Source: Phoronis australis
Taxonomy: Eukaryota; Animalia; Phoronida
Direction of reading: 5' to 3'
NCBI GenBank assembly: GCA_002633005.1
Contig: NMRA01000554.1
Location: 186,001-250,000, forward strand
DNA length: 64,000 nt
The first letter of the stretch is position 1; each line of letters opens with the position of its first letter. Positions 49,588 through 64,000 of the stretch are shown one piece after another. A program made the translations under genes and the position numbers. The notes beneath the pieces were generated by a model. It did no database searches. It had not been told where the DNA came from and saw only the letters and a program-made list of their open reading frames with translations.

Positions 49588-52163
49588 ACATGTATTCTGG
49601 ATGCTTGAATCTTCTTACATTTTGTACTGGTCTTCTCTTCTCAATCAAAGTGTCTTTGTCGAATCCATGAAGTTATGAATGTGGAAATGGAACTTAAATC
49701 TTGTATTTGTATAAACGGCCCAATCCAGCCTTGTACATAACTTGTGATTGCAAGAAATTGGGCCAAAACTTGAATTTTTACAACTTATGTGTATGAATGA
49801 GAGACTGTCCAAAAGTAAGATACCTGAAGCCCCAAACAAATACATGTCAACCCGTCAGTATACCCACTTTCCATCAAAACTTAACTTGATATAAACCACA
49901 TACCAATATAACGTGTGTCTCGTGACTTTGATTAGCGGTAACATTTGGGCTTAGGAGACCTTACTATTTGTTACTGTCTGAGACCACTCGGACTAGGTTT
50001 AATAAGGTGTTTTATTTGAGACCAGTTTTACAGTCGTTAAACAGTGGTAAGTGGTTTATATCGCAAGTTACTACTTCACTGCCGTGAAATGTGTTCAAAT
50101 GTTCCTCATGACAAAATGAGCAGCACGAACACTTGGAGTTGCAATAAAACAACACAGTTATCATGATCATATAAATGTATTAATCTATTTAGAGACCTTA
50201 TAACAATCAAATATGTGATGGGTATATTTTACATTCTAAGAGTTGTGTTTTTGTGTCGAAAACAACTTCAATGCTTTCGACAAGTTATCTGATCTGATGG
50301 TTGTTAAAGGCCATGACTAACTGGGTCAGCCATGCATCTACTGAATAATAAAAAATTTTTTGGAAACAGATTTCCCATCTTATCGAAAATCAGTTCAATA
50401 ACCAAGGACTCAAATTTCGTATATTTTGAGTGTTGCAAAAATCTGATAAAAAACGAAAGATAACCATATATAAATTCTTAAGTAAAATAATTAAAGTTAA
50501 TGTATAAATTGAGCATTGTTAGGAAATGGTGATCTCCACTCCAGTCTGTTGAGTTCTTGATTTTACAGCAGAGAAATGCGACATCGTTAATTAAAAATGC
50601 GGAAAGATTCGCTCCTGCTTCATATCGTCACATCAAATGTCTTTAAGACATGACAGCGTCTGTATCGTTCTTTAGAATTGCATAGCGCATCGCACTTGGT
50701 CTCAACGATTGTCTCGTCATTGATTCTTTTGCACACATTTGATATTTCCTTTGGTACCGTAGAACTTGATAAGGCACGAAAACTAAAGATAGGCTCCACA
50801 AAGGGTTATAAACAACATTAATGCAGACAACAAAAGAGATGTCATACGACAACAACACTGGAATATGCCTGTCCTGAATTGAACTCTTCTTCTTGTAGAG
50901 GCAGAAAAATGCATGGCATGACTGACCTAATTTAATTTGTAAATGTTAGCCACTTCTAAGTTGATTAACGAGGGAAGGACAATACATTACCCATCCAGCA
51001 ATTATATTTGTCCATGCAAAATACTTGGTGTCAGCATTACAACTCGGAATACAACAATACAACTTTGCCTTCATTACAGTGATGAACTGCATACTAATTA
51101 GGATATAAAATAGTGGATAGTGCATTTGCATTGTGAAGAAACAGGACACGTGCTTGATACATGCATTGCATTGTGGGTAAATAACTTAAAATGAGAGTGA
51201 TGCTGCGATATTTCAGGATGAGCCTATTATTGTGGACCTGATTTGATTTTGGTCAGATGGCTTTACGTGACTAAATGTGTTGCACTAACCATGTCTTGGA
51301 GTACCACAGTGCCCTCTCTCAATGATTCTGCACTATTTAACCACAATGCTGTACGTCAGTAGGACACTTGGCCATTCAGATGCTAATACAATTTTACTGT
51401 TCCACATTGAGTTGCAATGCAGACATGAAAAATTTTGAAAAGCCAAGTGAGATGTGACAAATCATTCACTGAGAAGTGTGTTTACTTAGTGGCCATAAGC
51501 TAGGCGTTTTTCTACCTCTGCAAAAATATAGAGCTGAATCTGTGATGTGTGTAATCAAATCACATCATGGCAAACTCTATGCTGTGCCTGGACATGAATC
51601 CCATGGCAAGGTTTAAGAAATTTATCCTCGAATGCAATAATGTATCTAAGATTATGAAATTCTTTCACCAAGACTTTAAGGGAAAGATTGTCACTGATTC
51701 TGATCCGTGTTAAGAGTTGTTCAAACACAAGAAGAGTCCTGGACAGCGACCAGTGATCATGGTTATATAAGCTGAAACTATTGTTACCGCAAGACAATGA
51801 ATACAGATAACAAAACTACAACACCAACCGATTCCAAATGCAAAAATGTCGACCGTTTTGGCATGAGGTGAAGACAACAAGTTCTTTTCAGACCAGGCAA
51901 ATGAGTGTTAATCTTTGCAGAAGTCCACAAAATATGTTACCCTGACTAGAAGTTCAATGCAAATTCAAGACAAGCTTGGAGTCTGCTAGGAAATGAACCA
52001 AATAGAAAAGTTGGCTACCCAAATTCTAATGACTGTTTTAACAGACTTAAAAGTCCACATGTTGAACATCAATAATGTGTACCCATATTGATACACTGAC
52101 TTTGTTGCAGAGAGAGTGCAGTTTTGCATTTGAAATACTATACTCACAGACTTTACTCAGAAC

Positions 52164-55100
52164 TTATGATTTGGATGGGACGACTGCCGCGATGAAATCG
52201 TTGAAGTTGAGTCGGAGTTTTGTGTAATGAGCTGTGACGGCATTGAGCGTTTCTTGGGATCCATGGCACAGTTCGAACAACAGCATCTACAAGAATTGGA
52301 CTGAACCTTCAGACTGTTTATTTCCATTGATGTTAGTATTCAAACTAATGTTCTTATTTTCTGAACTAACATACAAAAATAACTAAACAAGAAAGACCGA
52401 GGGGTCAATCTTTGGGTGGACAAAGGGAGTTTCTCAACAAAAATAAAGACAATAATTTTAGTATATTACTAAGTTGCTTAGTGAAGTGTAGGCATTATGA
52501 AACAATATTTGCTTAATGTCGCTTTCCCATCAAAACCGCAAGTGCCCCCATTGTGTGGAGTCAGTCAGTGGAAAGTAGAACTCCCGGATTTGATAGGAAC
52601 CAGTGCAACTCCTCTAATGGATCAAACTGAGGAAGTGTGCAACTCCCAGCAATATTCAGTATTTGCAAGAGGTGGCGGTATGCAACACATTTTATCAAGT
52701 GCGTGAATCAACTACGGCATCTGCTTTGTCCCTACAGCTAGCGTTAACACTCATATCTTTACCAGAGAGGAGATAGTAGGAAAAGGAACAGAGTTATGAA
52801 TGACTGTAGTTTCACTATTCGGAAAATATAATTCTCCATTGCTACTTGCAATGTAATAAACTTTGGAAATATAGAAAAATGGCAGTTTTGACAATTATTT
52901 TTGGGTGAAATAAGTGAAGAATGGTCATATTTTCAAACTGTAAATGATGAAAACCACCTTACCTGCACTGGCTGCATGAACTAATATTACATACATTTTT
53001 GTTAAATTTTACATATAACACAAAGGTCAAGGAAGGCAACATTTCCGTGGCTATCTCTTACATCTTTCCATATGGCAGCCGAAAAAGGAAGAGTCTGAAC
53101 AGCTTTCCAGAACAGCTTGCGAACCTGAAAGATACAAAGCCACTTTATAAGCAAGCTCTCTACTTAGAGAAGATAGAAAAAAAAATTAGCTTTGACATAG
53201 CAAGATAACAACCAGACCCCTTGGCTGCGTTCCATGGATCTCAGACACTAGCTTGCATTTGTGACGAAGGTACAGAGAGAAAAATTCGAGTGAGACCCCC
53301 AAATGGGAAATGAGAAACAAAAAGTCCGAAAAAATAGAAAAAGAGACAAAAGTCCACTAAAAAGCCAGGAACCACCAAAATTCGGCAAACGCACAATTCA
53401 TAGATATGAACATACCCGGTTCATTATTTTTTTAGTAAAAGGTCCACATTATCAAAAATTCGAGCCCCCCCATTTTTAGGCTGGATGCGTGCATGGGTAT
53501 ACTCGTGAAATGCTCGGTCTTTCACTCGCATGACTTTGCATATCTCTGTTTCCTTGCAAGGAACTTGGGTCTACAGAAGGCTCTCATGCTTTCTAAACGG
53601 TATTTAACTTGGGTCTACAGAAGGCTCTCATGCTTTCCAAACGGTATTTAACTTGGGTCTACAGAAGGCTCTCATGCTTTCTAAACGGTATTTAACTTGG
53701 TGAGGTAAGAACCATGTTCTAATGAAGACTGTGGTCCGGTAGTGCATTCAATGTTTCTCATACCTAGCAAGAATAGTGAGATCACATGAGAACACACTCC
53801 TGTTCATACTGACATACACTAGTGACTGACGACTATGCTACAATGTTGAATCACGGGAGATAACGCTACCTTAAAGCCCCAAGCAGTGTCACCTTTAAAA
53901 TACCTGTTTTAGTTCACACCTTTTCAACTCTTGATTACCCAATTACAAATGATTGAACCACGCAAAGAATAGGGTTCAATGGTTTCTCTAACGGAAAGAT
54001 TCAGCTATTTCTTTCCAAGACTTCTTGTCAGAAATGTCTCACCCATGACTAGACTGACTGTGTACAGCCCTGAGGCTAACACATTACTAGAAGTGGTGAA
54101 TCCCAACTTAACAAATGTTAATTCAACAGGAAAACAGTTCCATTGCTAATCTGAAAAACGGGAATTGGAGCTCTTTTTTATATTTCAGAAACTCAAAATT
54201 TCCTATCAGATGCACCAACGTGCTAAGAATAATGTTGACAGTTATGTACGGATATTCACATGGAAACAGCAGTGCATGTGGCAATTCCAAGATTTTGAGC
54301 CTCTCTTGAACCAGGAATAAGCAGACAGAATGAATGAATTTGGGGCCTTCTTGTGCACAATACAAACTGAAAGAGCTAGGACTCATTTTAGCAAAATTTG
54401 TAAAATTGTGGCCTTCTGGAATTCAGCATTTCAATTTTATACCCATGACTGCGGCCTTGATACTATGTAATACCAGTATACTTAGAAAATGATTTTTAAA
54501 CTTTTGCCCCACACATTATGAGCTTATTAACTAAAAAAGCAGTTAAGTGAATGTGCTAACACAAATCTCAGATTCAACAATCACGATACAGGGCACCTCA
54601 AAAATGGTTATTCCTTGACTACAGTTAGAAAGAATTTCTTAAAGTTGTAGGTTTCAACTTTCAAAGAAGAAATTGTCAGAAAATTTTACCTCAAATACAG
54701 TAAATCCAATACATGCCCTATTGCATCTGTTTTAGGCCAAAACCACACGATCAGATTACACTATTTAGATAACCATTACACAAATCGAATGGGGTTAGTA
54801 AAATGCCAGTGAGATTTTCAAAGTTAATTTGCACTAACTGATTAAGTACACTACCTCCAGGGTTTCCTTCAACTGTAGGTTTATGGCTATCACCCTGGCA
54901 AAATGACACAACAACAATTAATCAATCAAAAAATGGAAAATTGCAATGAATTCAAATTCGACGATTTAAACAACAACTCAACAAGTTTATGTCAAAAATA
55001 ATCAACAATGAGAAATAATATAAATGTCCGCTTTTTAGACTTAAGACTTAACCTTGATAATCATGTAAAATGCGCATTAACTTGTTCTAGGAAACCATTT

Positions 55101-58100
55101 ATCTTAACACATAACCTATCCTTAAAGTTACTCAACATCACTGTATTTTACAATCATGAGATCAACTTCCCAAAACAATAAAATTGAAGACAATTGATTT
55201 TTACTATAACCTCATATATTGTTGTCCGGAACTTGAGAAAGAAAAAACAATTTAAATATCATGCGATGACCGCAAAGTAAAACAAATTGTCACACAAAAA
55301 TTACGGGGTTAATTTTGAAAAATGATGATCGCGGATGCTGTAGCTAGCAAAATAGACAGAAAATTTGACTAAAATGTGACTCATTAACGAGTGGATGTAA
55401 AATAAATGGAAAGTTTTTACATCTTCCACAGGTTGACAGATGCTGGCTTGTCATAGATCGCACAACAACACAAGTACTTGGCCACATGCAAATCTTCCAT
55501 CTTTAGTGCGTGTTCACAAGCCCTGAAACAATTAAAACTCGGTTGCATCGAAATGGTATGTTCACAAAGTGGTGTACCATGATGACACACAGCAGTAAAA
55601 TAGGTCTTTAGAGTATGGAAGTTTTAAGCACTTACTAAACAATCTCCCCCCCCACTACATTTCCCCTCTAAAGTTAAGAAAAAATGTTGTTGCTTGTCAG
55701 TATTTTAGTGTGTAAACTGCATAATGCTTTAACGTTAATGTCTGTGCCTGTCTGTACACTGACACTGTAAAACAAAAGAAAAGACAACAATTCTTCAAGT
55801 ACTTTTGAAGTGAATATTTTGTACATTAAGTGGAAGTGTTGATAAACGTCAACAGTCCTCGAAAATATTTGTAAGTAAAATCAACTTACTCGTAGACCGT
55901 GGAATTGAAAGTTTGAACGTTTCGAACTGTGCTCTACGGTTCTTTTTCAACAACTAGTCCCCCTATGTACATTGTACAATCACAGTTGTTTGGAATACTC
56001 ACTGGAGGGAGGTGTTTGTAATGATTACCTTAGAACCAGTCTGTAGTTATCTGGCATCCAACTGATGAACTTCTTGTAAACCGTTGTGTGATGTTCCTCT
56101 GGTATAGAGGTCAAAAACATGGACAACACACGGTTATGAAATGAATAGTCGACACACTGAAGATTAGAGTTTGTAACGGCAGCACATTTTGATGGCATCG
56201 ATGCAAGACAGCGTCTCACTAGCTTATAGAGTAAAGCAAACTGCTGGTTTTTGTCTTCAGAAAATGATAGCTCGTCCTTCATGTATTCAAGGTACCTACA
56301 TAGAGAAACAGCAAACTAATTCATCACAGATCTATTTCAATCAACAATGCAATACTTTATCAAATGTCTTGCCATAACAGCATTCCCCAGCAAAACAAAT
56401 AATTAAGATGCTGAATTGTACTAACAACTCAAATAGAAAGAGATCAACTCATAGCAAATGGCAAAATAGAAAGTGCCAAACAAACGCTCACTTCCTTTTT
56501 AGTACCGCAAATACTTAGCTAATCATTACTGAGGATAGCAACTGGAAAACAGGATAAATCAAAGACAAGTTCGATTTAACACAAGTTCGATTTAAAACTT
56601 GGCTACAACAAAATGTCACCTAGCTGCCATTTCCATATAACACACAAATGGCAAAACCAGTTCTTCAATTTTTTAGCTCTAAGAATGACTAGACTTTATC
56701 TTTTCCCAGTTTCATCCGAGTATAGCACAAACTGCACAATGTGAGCCACAAACACCTAGCGAGGAAGTAGACATTAGACTTACCTCAGCCACATCAGTTT
56801 CACATGCTGGGTAGATTTAAGTGTGCACAGTGCAGTCTCGTACACCTCTGTTATTTGGTCATGATATCCCTGGATGTCCAGTAGCATGCTAAATAGAAAC
56901 AAATACTTTTAAGAACGAAAACCACATGACCAATGCATCAGTCAGCGCGTGCAAGTATGTTCATGAGACAAAAAGGCGACTTAACTGGTTGAAATTTGTC
57001 AAAGTGTTAGATAAGACAGTAAATGACGTAACTACAACAGAAATTCAAATGCACAAGCACCACCCACAAGTTCCAGAATCAAGCTAAAACAGTGAAAAGT
57101 GTGGGTAATAAGTGTTGCTAGAAATGACGGATTGGTATACTTAGACATATAAAATTTTGGTAAAAAAACAGGTTACTATACTTGATTAGCATCATCCGTA
57201 GTAATCCATAATTTTACAAAAATCTAATTTCCAAAATTACAATTTTATGTTTTCTGCTTTAAAATGATTAAAATGCTTCCAAAGTAGGTAGCTACACAGA
57301 ATAAATCATACTAAAACTGATGTGTGAAAATGTTATTTTTTCTTATCGACAGATTTAACGAATTCAATAAAAATTTGCCCATCATATACTGTGCTAAATT
57401 GAAAATCGTTCTTCAATAAATATTTATTTACTGACTACAGCTGTATACAAACTACTGACCAATAGTTGCTCCATAGATAGACAGCGTGTGAAGAAAGCAT
57501 GTCTGGACTGACATCATTCTTGAAACTGGGCGCAGTGTAGTTCAGTGGCAAAGGCAGGTCCAGCACTTTACTGCAAACATAGTAGAGAGACTGAGAACAG
57601 TACCTGTACCCTGAACACTTGAACAGGTTAAAGATATTTTAAACAATTGTGTAGGCTTGGGCTAATAGGGTTAAAATTCAAATGTTTATCTCAGAAACTA
57701 GCAATAAAAAGTTGAAGTTAAACCAAGAAGTTAACAGGTATCCACAAGTATAAAGACCCATGCAGTGACATCTACGAAAACCAATTGAATGTTATTGTTC
57801 ATGTTGTGCAGTGGAACCCTTTGTTTCCGTTCTTTGATACACAGCGAATTAGTCGAATTACACGATGAAACTATAGACCAAGTTCCTTGATTGCGTCAAT
57901 AAGAAGATTCCCCACTTCTTACTTGATGTATTCCAGATTGAAATATGCAATTTTGGAGTGCATGGAACTTTATAACCAATACTCTAAAACCAATTACACT
58001 TATCTGCATTTTTGTAGCAAGTAACATTGACATAACCAAAGGCACTTTGCTCATTGGCTTGTGCTAAGCTAACAGTAATAAGAAGATTCAAACCACACTA

Positions 58101-61100
58101 ATTAGATAACTGGATAATTCAGGACAAACACAGCAGACATTGAAATACTAATGGTTCCTCTTACCAATAGAGTAGGTTAGGATCACACACAGTAGAGTCG
58201 GACCTGTCCACGATGAAGAGTCCAATCACACACGATTCTAGGATCTCCAGGGCACGGTCACTGTTCTCCTGTGAGTTCTCAAAGGTGGCAGCAGCGTTCA
58301 GCAAAGGAATATATGATGGGGCCGCTGAGATGCCTTCTGAATAGACCTAGATGATTGGATTCACAAACCTAAATGTGTTACACGCCACAACATGGTTTGC
58401 AGAATGTGACAACAAGGAAAGAAAGAATCTATGATTTGCAGTCACCAGAAACATAGGTGAATTTTTGACTACTGACAAGGAGGACACTGAAATATAATAG
58501 CAAAGCATTGCCCATTCTTATTGACATTTTGTTATCGTTTCTTGTAGAAACTGCCCTTCTCTCATAAAGAGTGTAACTGAAATGATGATTTTCCTATCCT
58601 TATAAGATTACGTCTACAGACCAAAAATTTTAGAAAACTTTAAAACCATTCCCTCTCTCCGACCGGTGTACATTGTAAATGCTTCTGAATACTTTGATGG
58701 CTATGTATAATCTGATCTCTAAAACCAGACAAATGTAGAAAAAGACATGTAACTACTTATATCACTATTGTAAAAACTACACTAGAATATAAATAAACAA
58801 ATAACAGCTTAACAGAGACTCTCATCCACTGGACCTTTGATGAACTATTCTGTTTGTTCTACTTATAGTCAAAAACTCCTTACCTAATCAGCTATTCTGT
58901 TTGGGTGGTCCATAAAAATATTTTTTACTAACTAACTGGCGCTCTATTTTATTTCTGGTAGTACAAATGAATCTGCTAACAATATTACAGATGAATAATA
59001 GTGCAATTAACATTTAATGCCTGGTTTTGATCACCTTTCTAGCAGCCTCTATGTTGTTACTTTGTTCATGCAGCTTGGCTAACAACAGCCACACTTCCCC
59101 CAATGAGGGGCTAGCCTTGAGCAACTTTCTGTAGATCTCAGCAGCCACATCAAACCTGTAAGTAATTAATACGCAAAAGGTTAGTCAAACAAAATACCCC
59201 AAACATATTCCAGCAGACATAAGGATAGACTCAGTTTTAAATCCTTCCGTGGGTAGGTTTTTTGTATTTGAGATGAATTGGGCAATCCAGATAGTCCCAG
59301 AAATAATTTAGCAACAGAAGAAAACACGATTTAATCACTCAGGCATAGGCTCATCAAATGATATGTGAAGTAGTCTTTACATGACATATTGCATGAGGGT
59401 CAGAATAGAACACCACATAAGGATTCTCATGGTGATGATGAAAGTAAGTCAATAAACCTCACAATCTGTTACATTTGGCAACTAATGACATTGGTGTACT
59501 CATGGCGAGGCTTAAAACATACCATAAGAACCAAACTCACGTGTGTTACTTTGAGTCAAGCAACTCAGAAGTCTCTTCAGTTGAAAATTGTAGTAATTCA
59601 TTACAATACGGTATTACTCGACTCACCTTTTGCAAACTTGTATCTGAAAGAGCACCAAGTTGCTGTAGAGAGCCAGACAAGAGCGGGTGATGGCCTCTGC
59701 ATCTTTATCCAACTGTGAGCAACTGTTCAATGCAGATTGGAAATGCTTGAGTATGGAGTCCACAGGTAGATGGCGCTTTTTGCCACTCGTCCAATCCAGA
59801 GTTACCTCTTCCTGCATACGACCACAATAAATAACGCTATGGCTATATTAAAAAGCCTAAGACTTTAATGCAATGATTATTTTTGGTTAAAAATAGAATT
59901 TACATCCTTTTACCACACTTTTATTCGATGACTTTATTTATATCAAATAACCGGTAAAATTGCTACTTTATTACTTAATGATATATTACTGATTTCCTAA
60001 GACACAATGCATTGATAATCAATTCAAATGTCATTCCATGACATCTCTTCAATTTAGGACAGGTAAAACTTCATTTGTTACATTTTCCAACACAAAATAT
60101 TCATTAGAAAATTTCACTTCCTTTCGAGCATACTTTGCCATCAAACGTTTCGATAAATAAAAACTTTTCAGTGATAAAAACTTGAAAAACTAATGAACAT
60201 TTAAAAAACGTCAATTTCAGTGAATATTTTTCTCCAAAAATGGAATTATCAGGGTAATCACAGACCTCCTTCACCAATCTACAAAAACTCTGGCTGTCTT
60301 CAGACAGAATGCCGTCCGGTAAACAGTGGAACTCCAATAGACTAATGTAACACAACCAGGCTGTGCACTGGTCCTTGACACAAAGGTTAGAGAACCAGTC
60401 AGACTTGAGAGACTTCTGAAATGGATCCAAGCAGGAACAGAGTAGTTGAGCTGTCAATTAGCAATAAACAATAACAGTGACACAACAAGGAACTGGGCAT
60501 TAATTAACCATTCAAAGTTGCTGAATCCTGATTTTTTACCATTTTGATTGGTTTTGAATTTTTTGGAATTGCAACTACACAAGATTTTAGGAGTTATAAT
60601 TTGCATAAGTTCGGATTTTTTCCATAAATATTTTGAGGTCATTGGCATTTGGGCAATGTTACAGACTTTCCAGGGGTCACAGATTACTAATTGGTAAATG
60701 TTCTGCAGTTATTGTAACAGTTACACTATGCAAGGACCCATGGCTTTGGATTTTTCATGCTGGGTCACAATTCGTTTCGAAGTATAACATACAAAAAGCC
60801 GTACTTATTTGGTTTTGAAGAATTGCTTAGCTAAATTTGGACCCAGCAACATCACAGGTGATAATGCTCTACATTACTAGCAAAACCATAAAAGAGTTCA
60901 GACTGAAAAACTTATAGCAAATAGTTATCTTTACATAGCAGCCTATCAAATCAGTGAGTGAGCATAGAATGAACCCTAAAATCAACTAGATTCTGTATTA
61001 GGGAGACAGGTTCATTGTTTGGAGCACTTTTTAGAGGTTTAAGAAGTCGATTTCAGGGTTTGGAAGATCAATTGGAGAGTTCAAAATACAGATTTCATTG

Positions 61101-61481
61101 CTTGAGATGTACAATGTTTCACTTAAATAATAAGACTGAACATTCCAACAGAACACCAAAAAGTTACTTCAGTTTGAACTGTAATTACCTTAAGCATATC
61201 ATTTACCTAGATTCATTTTCACATACACACCAGTGTCCAGTAGCCTAATGAGTATTGAAACATGAAAGACAGTCTAGATAACAACTTGAACGTACCCCTA
61301 GATATTGCACTGCAGTTCTATATTGACCACCATGTACATTCAGCCACGCCTGAATAAGGATAGACTCCAGAAGTTGCTTTGATTTCATGGCAGGGTCCAG
61401 AACTTCAGATAGCAAGGCACAGTTGATTAGTTGTTGACAAATGTCCGTCTTCTGTAGAAAGGTGGGTGCAGCAGAGAGGCA
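52164..61481 (-). CDS. ZFC3H1: Zinc finger C3H1 domain-containing protein (PAXT adaptor), 3' TPR/HAT-like portion; 5' exons lie outside the window
   Basis: Minus-strand exons 61481-61296, 60415-60266 (CTAWLCYISLLEF), 59811-59627, 59155-59035, 58346-58165, 57570-57460 (VYLWSNYC), 56888-56784, 56295-56029 (LVRRCLASMP..YSFHNRV), 55522-55421, 54894-54855, 53124-53062 (VRKLFWKAVQTLPFSAAIWKD), 52286-52164 (MLLFE..., TAA). Total 1635 nt in frame. Motifs match the C-terminus of vertebrate ZFC3H1 as recalled. Confidence 0.85.
53562..53700. repeat. 44-bp tandem repeat x3
   Basis: AACTTGGGTCTACAGAAGGCTCTCATGCTTTCTAAACGGTATTT repeated three times in a ZFC3H1 intron. Confidence 0.9.
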
Positions 61482-64000
61482 CTGAAATAAGGGAAGAAAT
61501 AGATAAGTTAAGGCTGCTGGATGAATTAACTAGTCAATGACTTTGTTTATAGGAATGAATTTGCAAAATTTCGTGATCATGATCTATTAAGAGGTTAAGG
61601 CAATAAACCTGTCAATGCCAGATGCCCACCCAGGCGCCCATACATACAGGAAGGTACATAAAAAAGTCTATTTCAGCAATTATTATTGGCCCCGTCTTTA
61701 CTTAAGTGTCAAATGCTACTCAGAACAGACAGCTGCTTATCACTGCAATTGGTGAGGAGGAGGTTGACAATTTGAAGAACTGCAATTTGTTACTTTGTGA
61801 TCATATTAGTGTCATACACATATCTTGGCTAATGCATTTTCCAAAGAAATTTTTCACTCACTAAAGTGCTTCACTTAAAGGCAAGGCATAGCTGCCTCTG
61901 CCTCAGGTGCAGATGAAGACACTTTTTATTTGGAGTGTTTCTTCAACTTGGTCTTATTCAAGTTATTTTTGTCCTTTTAAATACTGTGCATTTAATAGCT
62001 ACAGTAAAACAGTCCAATTTATGAGGATACAATGCGACGGACAGGTGAAATGTTCCATAACAGGTGTGTAGCACCGAATTAATCCTGTTTTGTTCTGCAC
62101 TGTAGCTTTCATCAGACGATATTTTGAAAAATTGTAGATTATTACCACAATCTTAGAGGCCCTAGAAAATGAAAGAACGGAAATTTTGGAAATTATGTTT
62201 GCAGAAAATTGATGACATTTTACCCAAGTGTTTAACCAAACACATGTCAATGTCACTTAAAGTAAGTCTGTGACAGTCAAGTCTCACTAACACATTTTTC
62301 ACTCAAATGTTACATGCAGGATATAGCATAGGTTGACATGCAAGCACATTAACCTAATAACACCCATATAGTTTGGTGTGCACTACACATCTTTGGACAG
62401 TTATTGTTGAACAATAATAGTCACACAACATGCTTGTCATACTTATGTTGAGAAAATACCACAAGAAAACCTTATAGCTGAGGATTCATTAAAGTATGTC
62501 ATGGGACTTGTAAGTATTTATTCATAAATTAACACTAGGCTGAAATGTGTGCAACATAACATCACAACTTTTTCATACTAGATTCACCATAACATTCCGC
62601 AGTACGAGGAACTCCGATTACCAGATCTGTATTTCATTTTTGACAGTTAATGGCATTATTGAAAGGTCACCATACAACAATCAGTTTTGATAAACCTTGG
62701 TGTATTTTAAAAAAGTCATCCGAGAAAGGGAGTGGCAAACCAAACTTGAAACTAAAACAAGATATTTGATTTCTACCACTTCACCAATCCCTTTCCTATT
62801 TACATGTATAAAACAAACTGTCCAATAAGCAACCCCCCTGCTTCACACCACCCATGCTCAGATAAATGAGCTCTTCAAACAATACAGACTCTGTGTAACA
62901 CTTGGTGTAGATTTCGGGCAATGTCCTTCTTGGAATGTCCAGAGGGAAAATAAAACCGAGCTTAATTTCTTAGATAACTTAATCAAATTAGAAGACAGCA
63001 AGATGACAAACACTTAACCCAGGCTGAAAAAATAACAAAGCAAACTTCGTATGAAAAGCAATGGCGCATTACATTTTACACCAATACATGCAAACTCTGT
63101 CAGTGTTAAAGCATCCCAGCAAAATTACAGACAAACATCTCTTTGCTTGAAACAAGTCAAAGTGGAATTGGACAAAATTGAAATATTGTAACTTAGAATT
63201 TGTGGCACAGAGGTTTGCCAACAGATGGTGCTGCTAGAGCCACACAGGCATGTTCTATTTTCTCAACATTTGCTTCAAAATATTTCCTTAATCGCCTCTC
63301 TGTTTGCAACTTTACAGCCACAACTAGTCTACTATAACAATAATACTACTATAATAATACTACTACTATAATCAACAGGTGACTAAGAAGCCATACCCAC
63401 ATTACAGTAAAAATTCTTCAACTTGTGACAAAAATAAATACTAAAATTATAATTTTTCTAAAATTATAATTTTTCTATATGTTAAAGGCTCGCTACCTAA
63501 TTGCAAACGTTCAAACTTTGCTAGATGGCAGCTTTGTGTACAAATCATGCTGACATAAGATTACCATCTTCAAAGTCTTTTTTGTCAAGAAATTTGACAA
63601 AATAAAGTTGGCTACCATAGTGTATCGTAACTGAAGAAACTTTCCTGTAATTAATCAAGTTAACTTCAGGCAATAACTACACAGCAGTCAGAATTTTTGC
63701 CTAAAGAGCATGTTGTTTTAGCAGATGTAGACCTCTCAATCAGAAGCTCTGAGCAAGAAGAAAAGCAATTGACCTAGGAATAATCAAGTAAGTGGCCAAC
63801 AGCACAAGTGGATGAAGAGAGAATCATTAATATGACACAGTCTGAAGAGATAGAACAACAGCCAAGATGATATCTCACTGGGCACTTGGGAAAGGTTAAT
63901 ATGGTACTAGACACAAGTCTGGTAAATATGGATGGTAACTGGTGGGGCTCTCTCTGTGACAATGCTCCTGCTGTGCTAGGTCACAATGACAGTATGGGTT

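Noticed and set aside
52963-52980. 18-nt microexon in ZFC3H1 (FMQPVQ)
   Set aside because: Good donor, but the acceptor lacks a pyrimidine tract and lies only about 80 nt from the upstream donor.
53562-53700. 44-bp repeats as a CRISPR array
   Set aside because: Units are directly adjacent with no spacers.

Overview
AT-rich, intron-containing genomic DNA from an invertebrate animal. The repeat types suggest a lophotrochozoan or mollusc, but the species cannot be determined from this window. Four spliced genes were reconstructed by hand: CCT2 (chaperonin TRiC/CCT beta, +, 3062-17272); ARFGAP2/3 (-, 36169 to about 21630, terminal exon not located); an AMN1-like LRR gene (+, 36438-45760, head-to-head with ARFGAP); and the 3' part of ZFC3H1 (-, 61481-52164, continuing beyond the window). 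The introns hold many non-autonomous DNA transposons (Harbinger-type MITEs, TTAA/Kolobok-type elements including one with THAP relics, foldbacks), minisatellites and a tRNA-derived repeat. Three near-identical tandem duplications sit at N joins and are probably haplotype or assembly artefacts. The most notable signal is that CCT2 has two intact, equal-length, anciently duplicated last coding exons (14869-15038 and 17103-17272) with mostly synonymous divergence, implying two alternative C-terminal isoforms of a core chaperonin subunit. Other leads are an 18-nt in-frame candidate microexon in ARFGAP2/3, a GC-AG intron in AMN1, a perfect heat-shock element in CCT2 intron 1, and a hairpin insertion whose empty site is visible in the neighbouring copy. 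All gene models were built by eye without transcript data.
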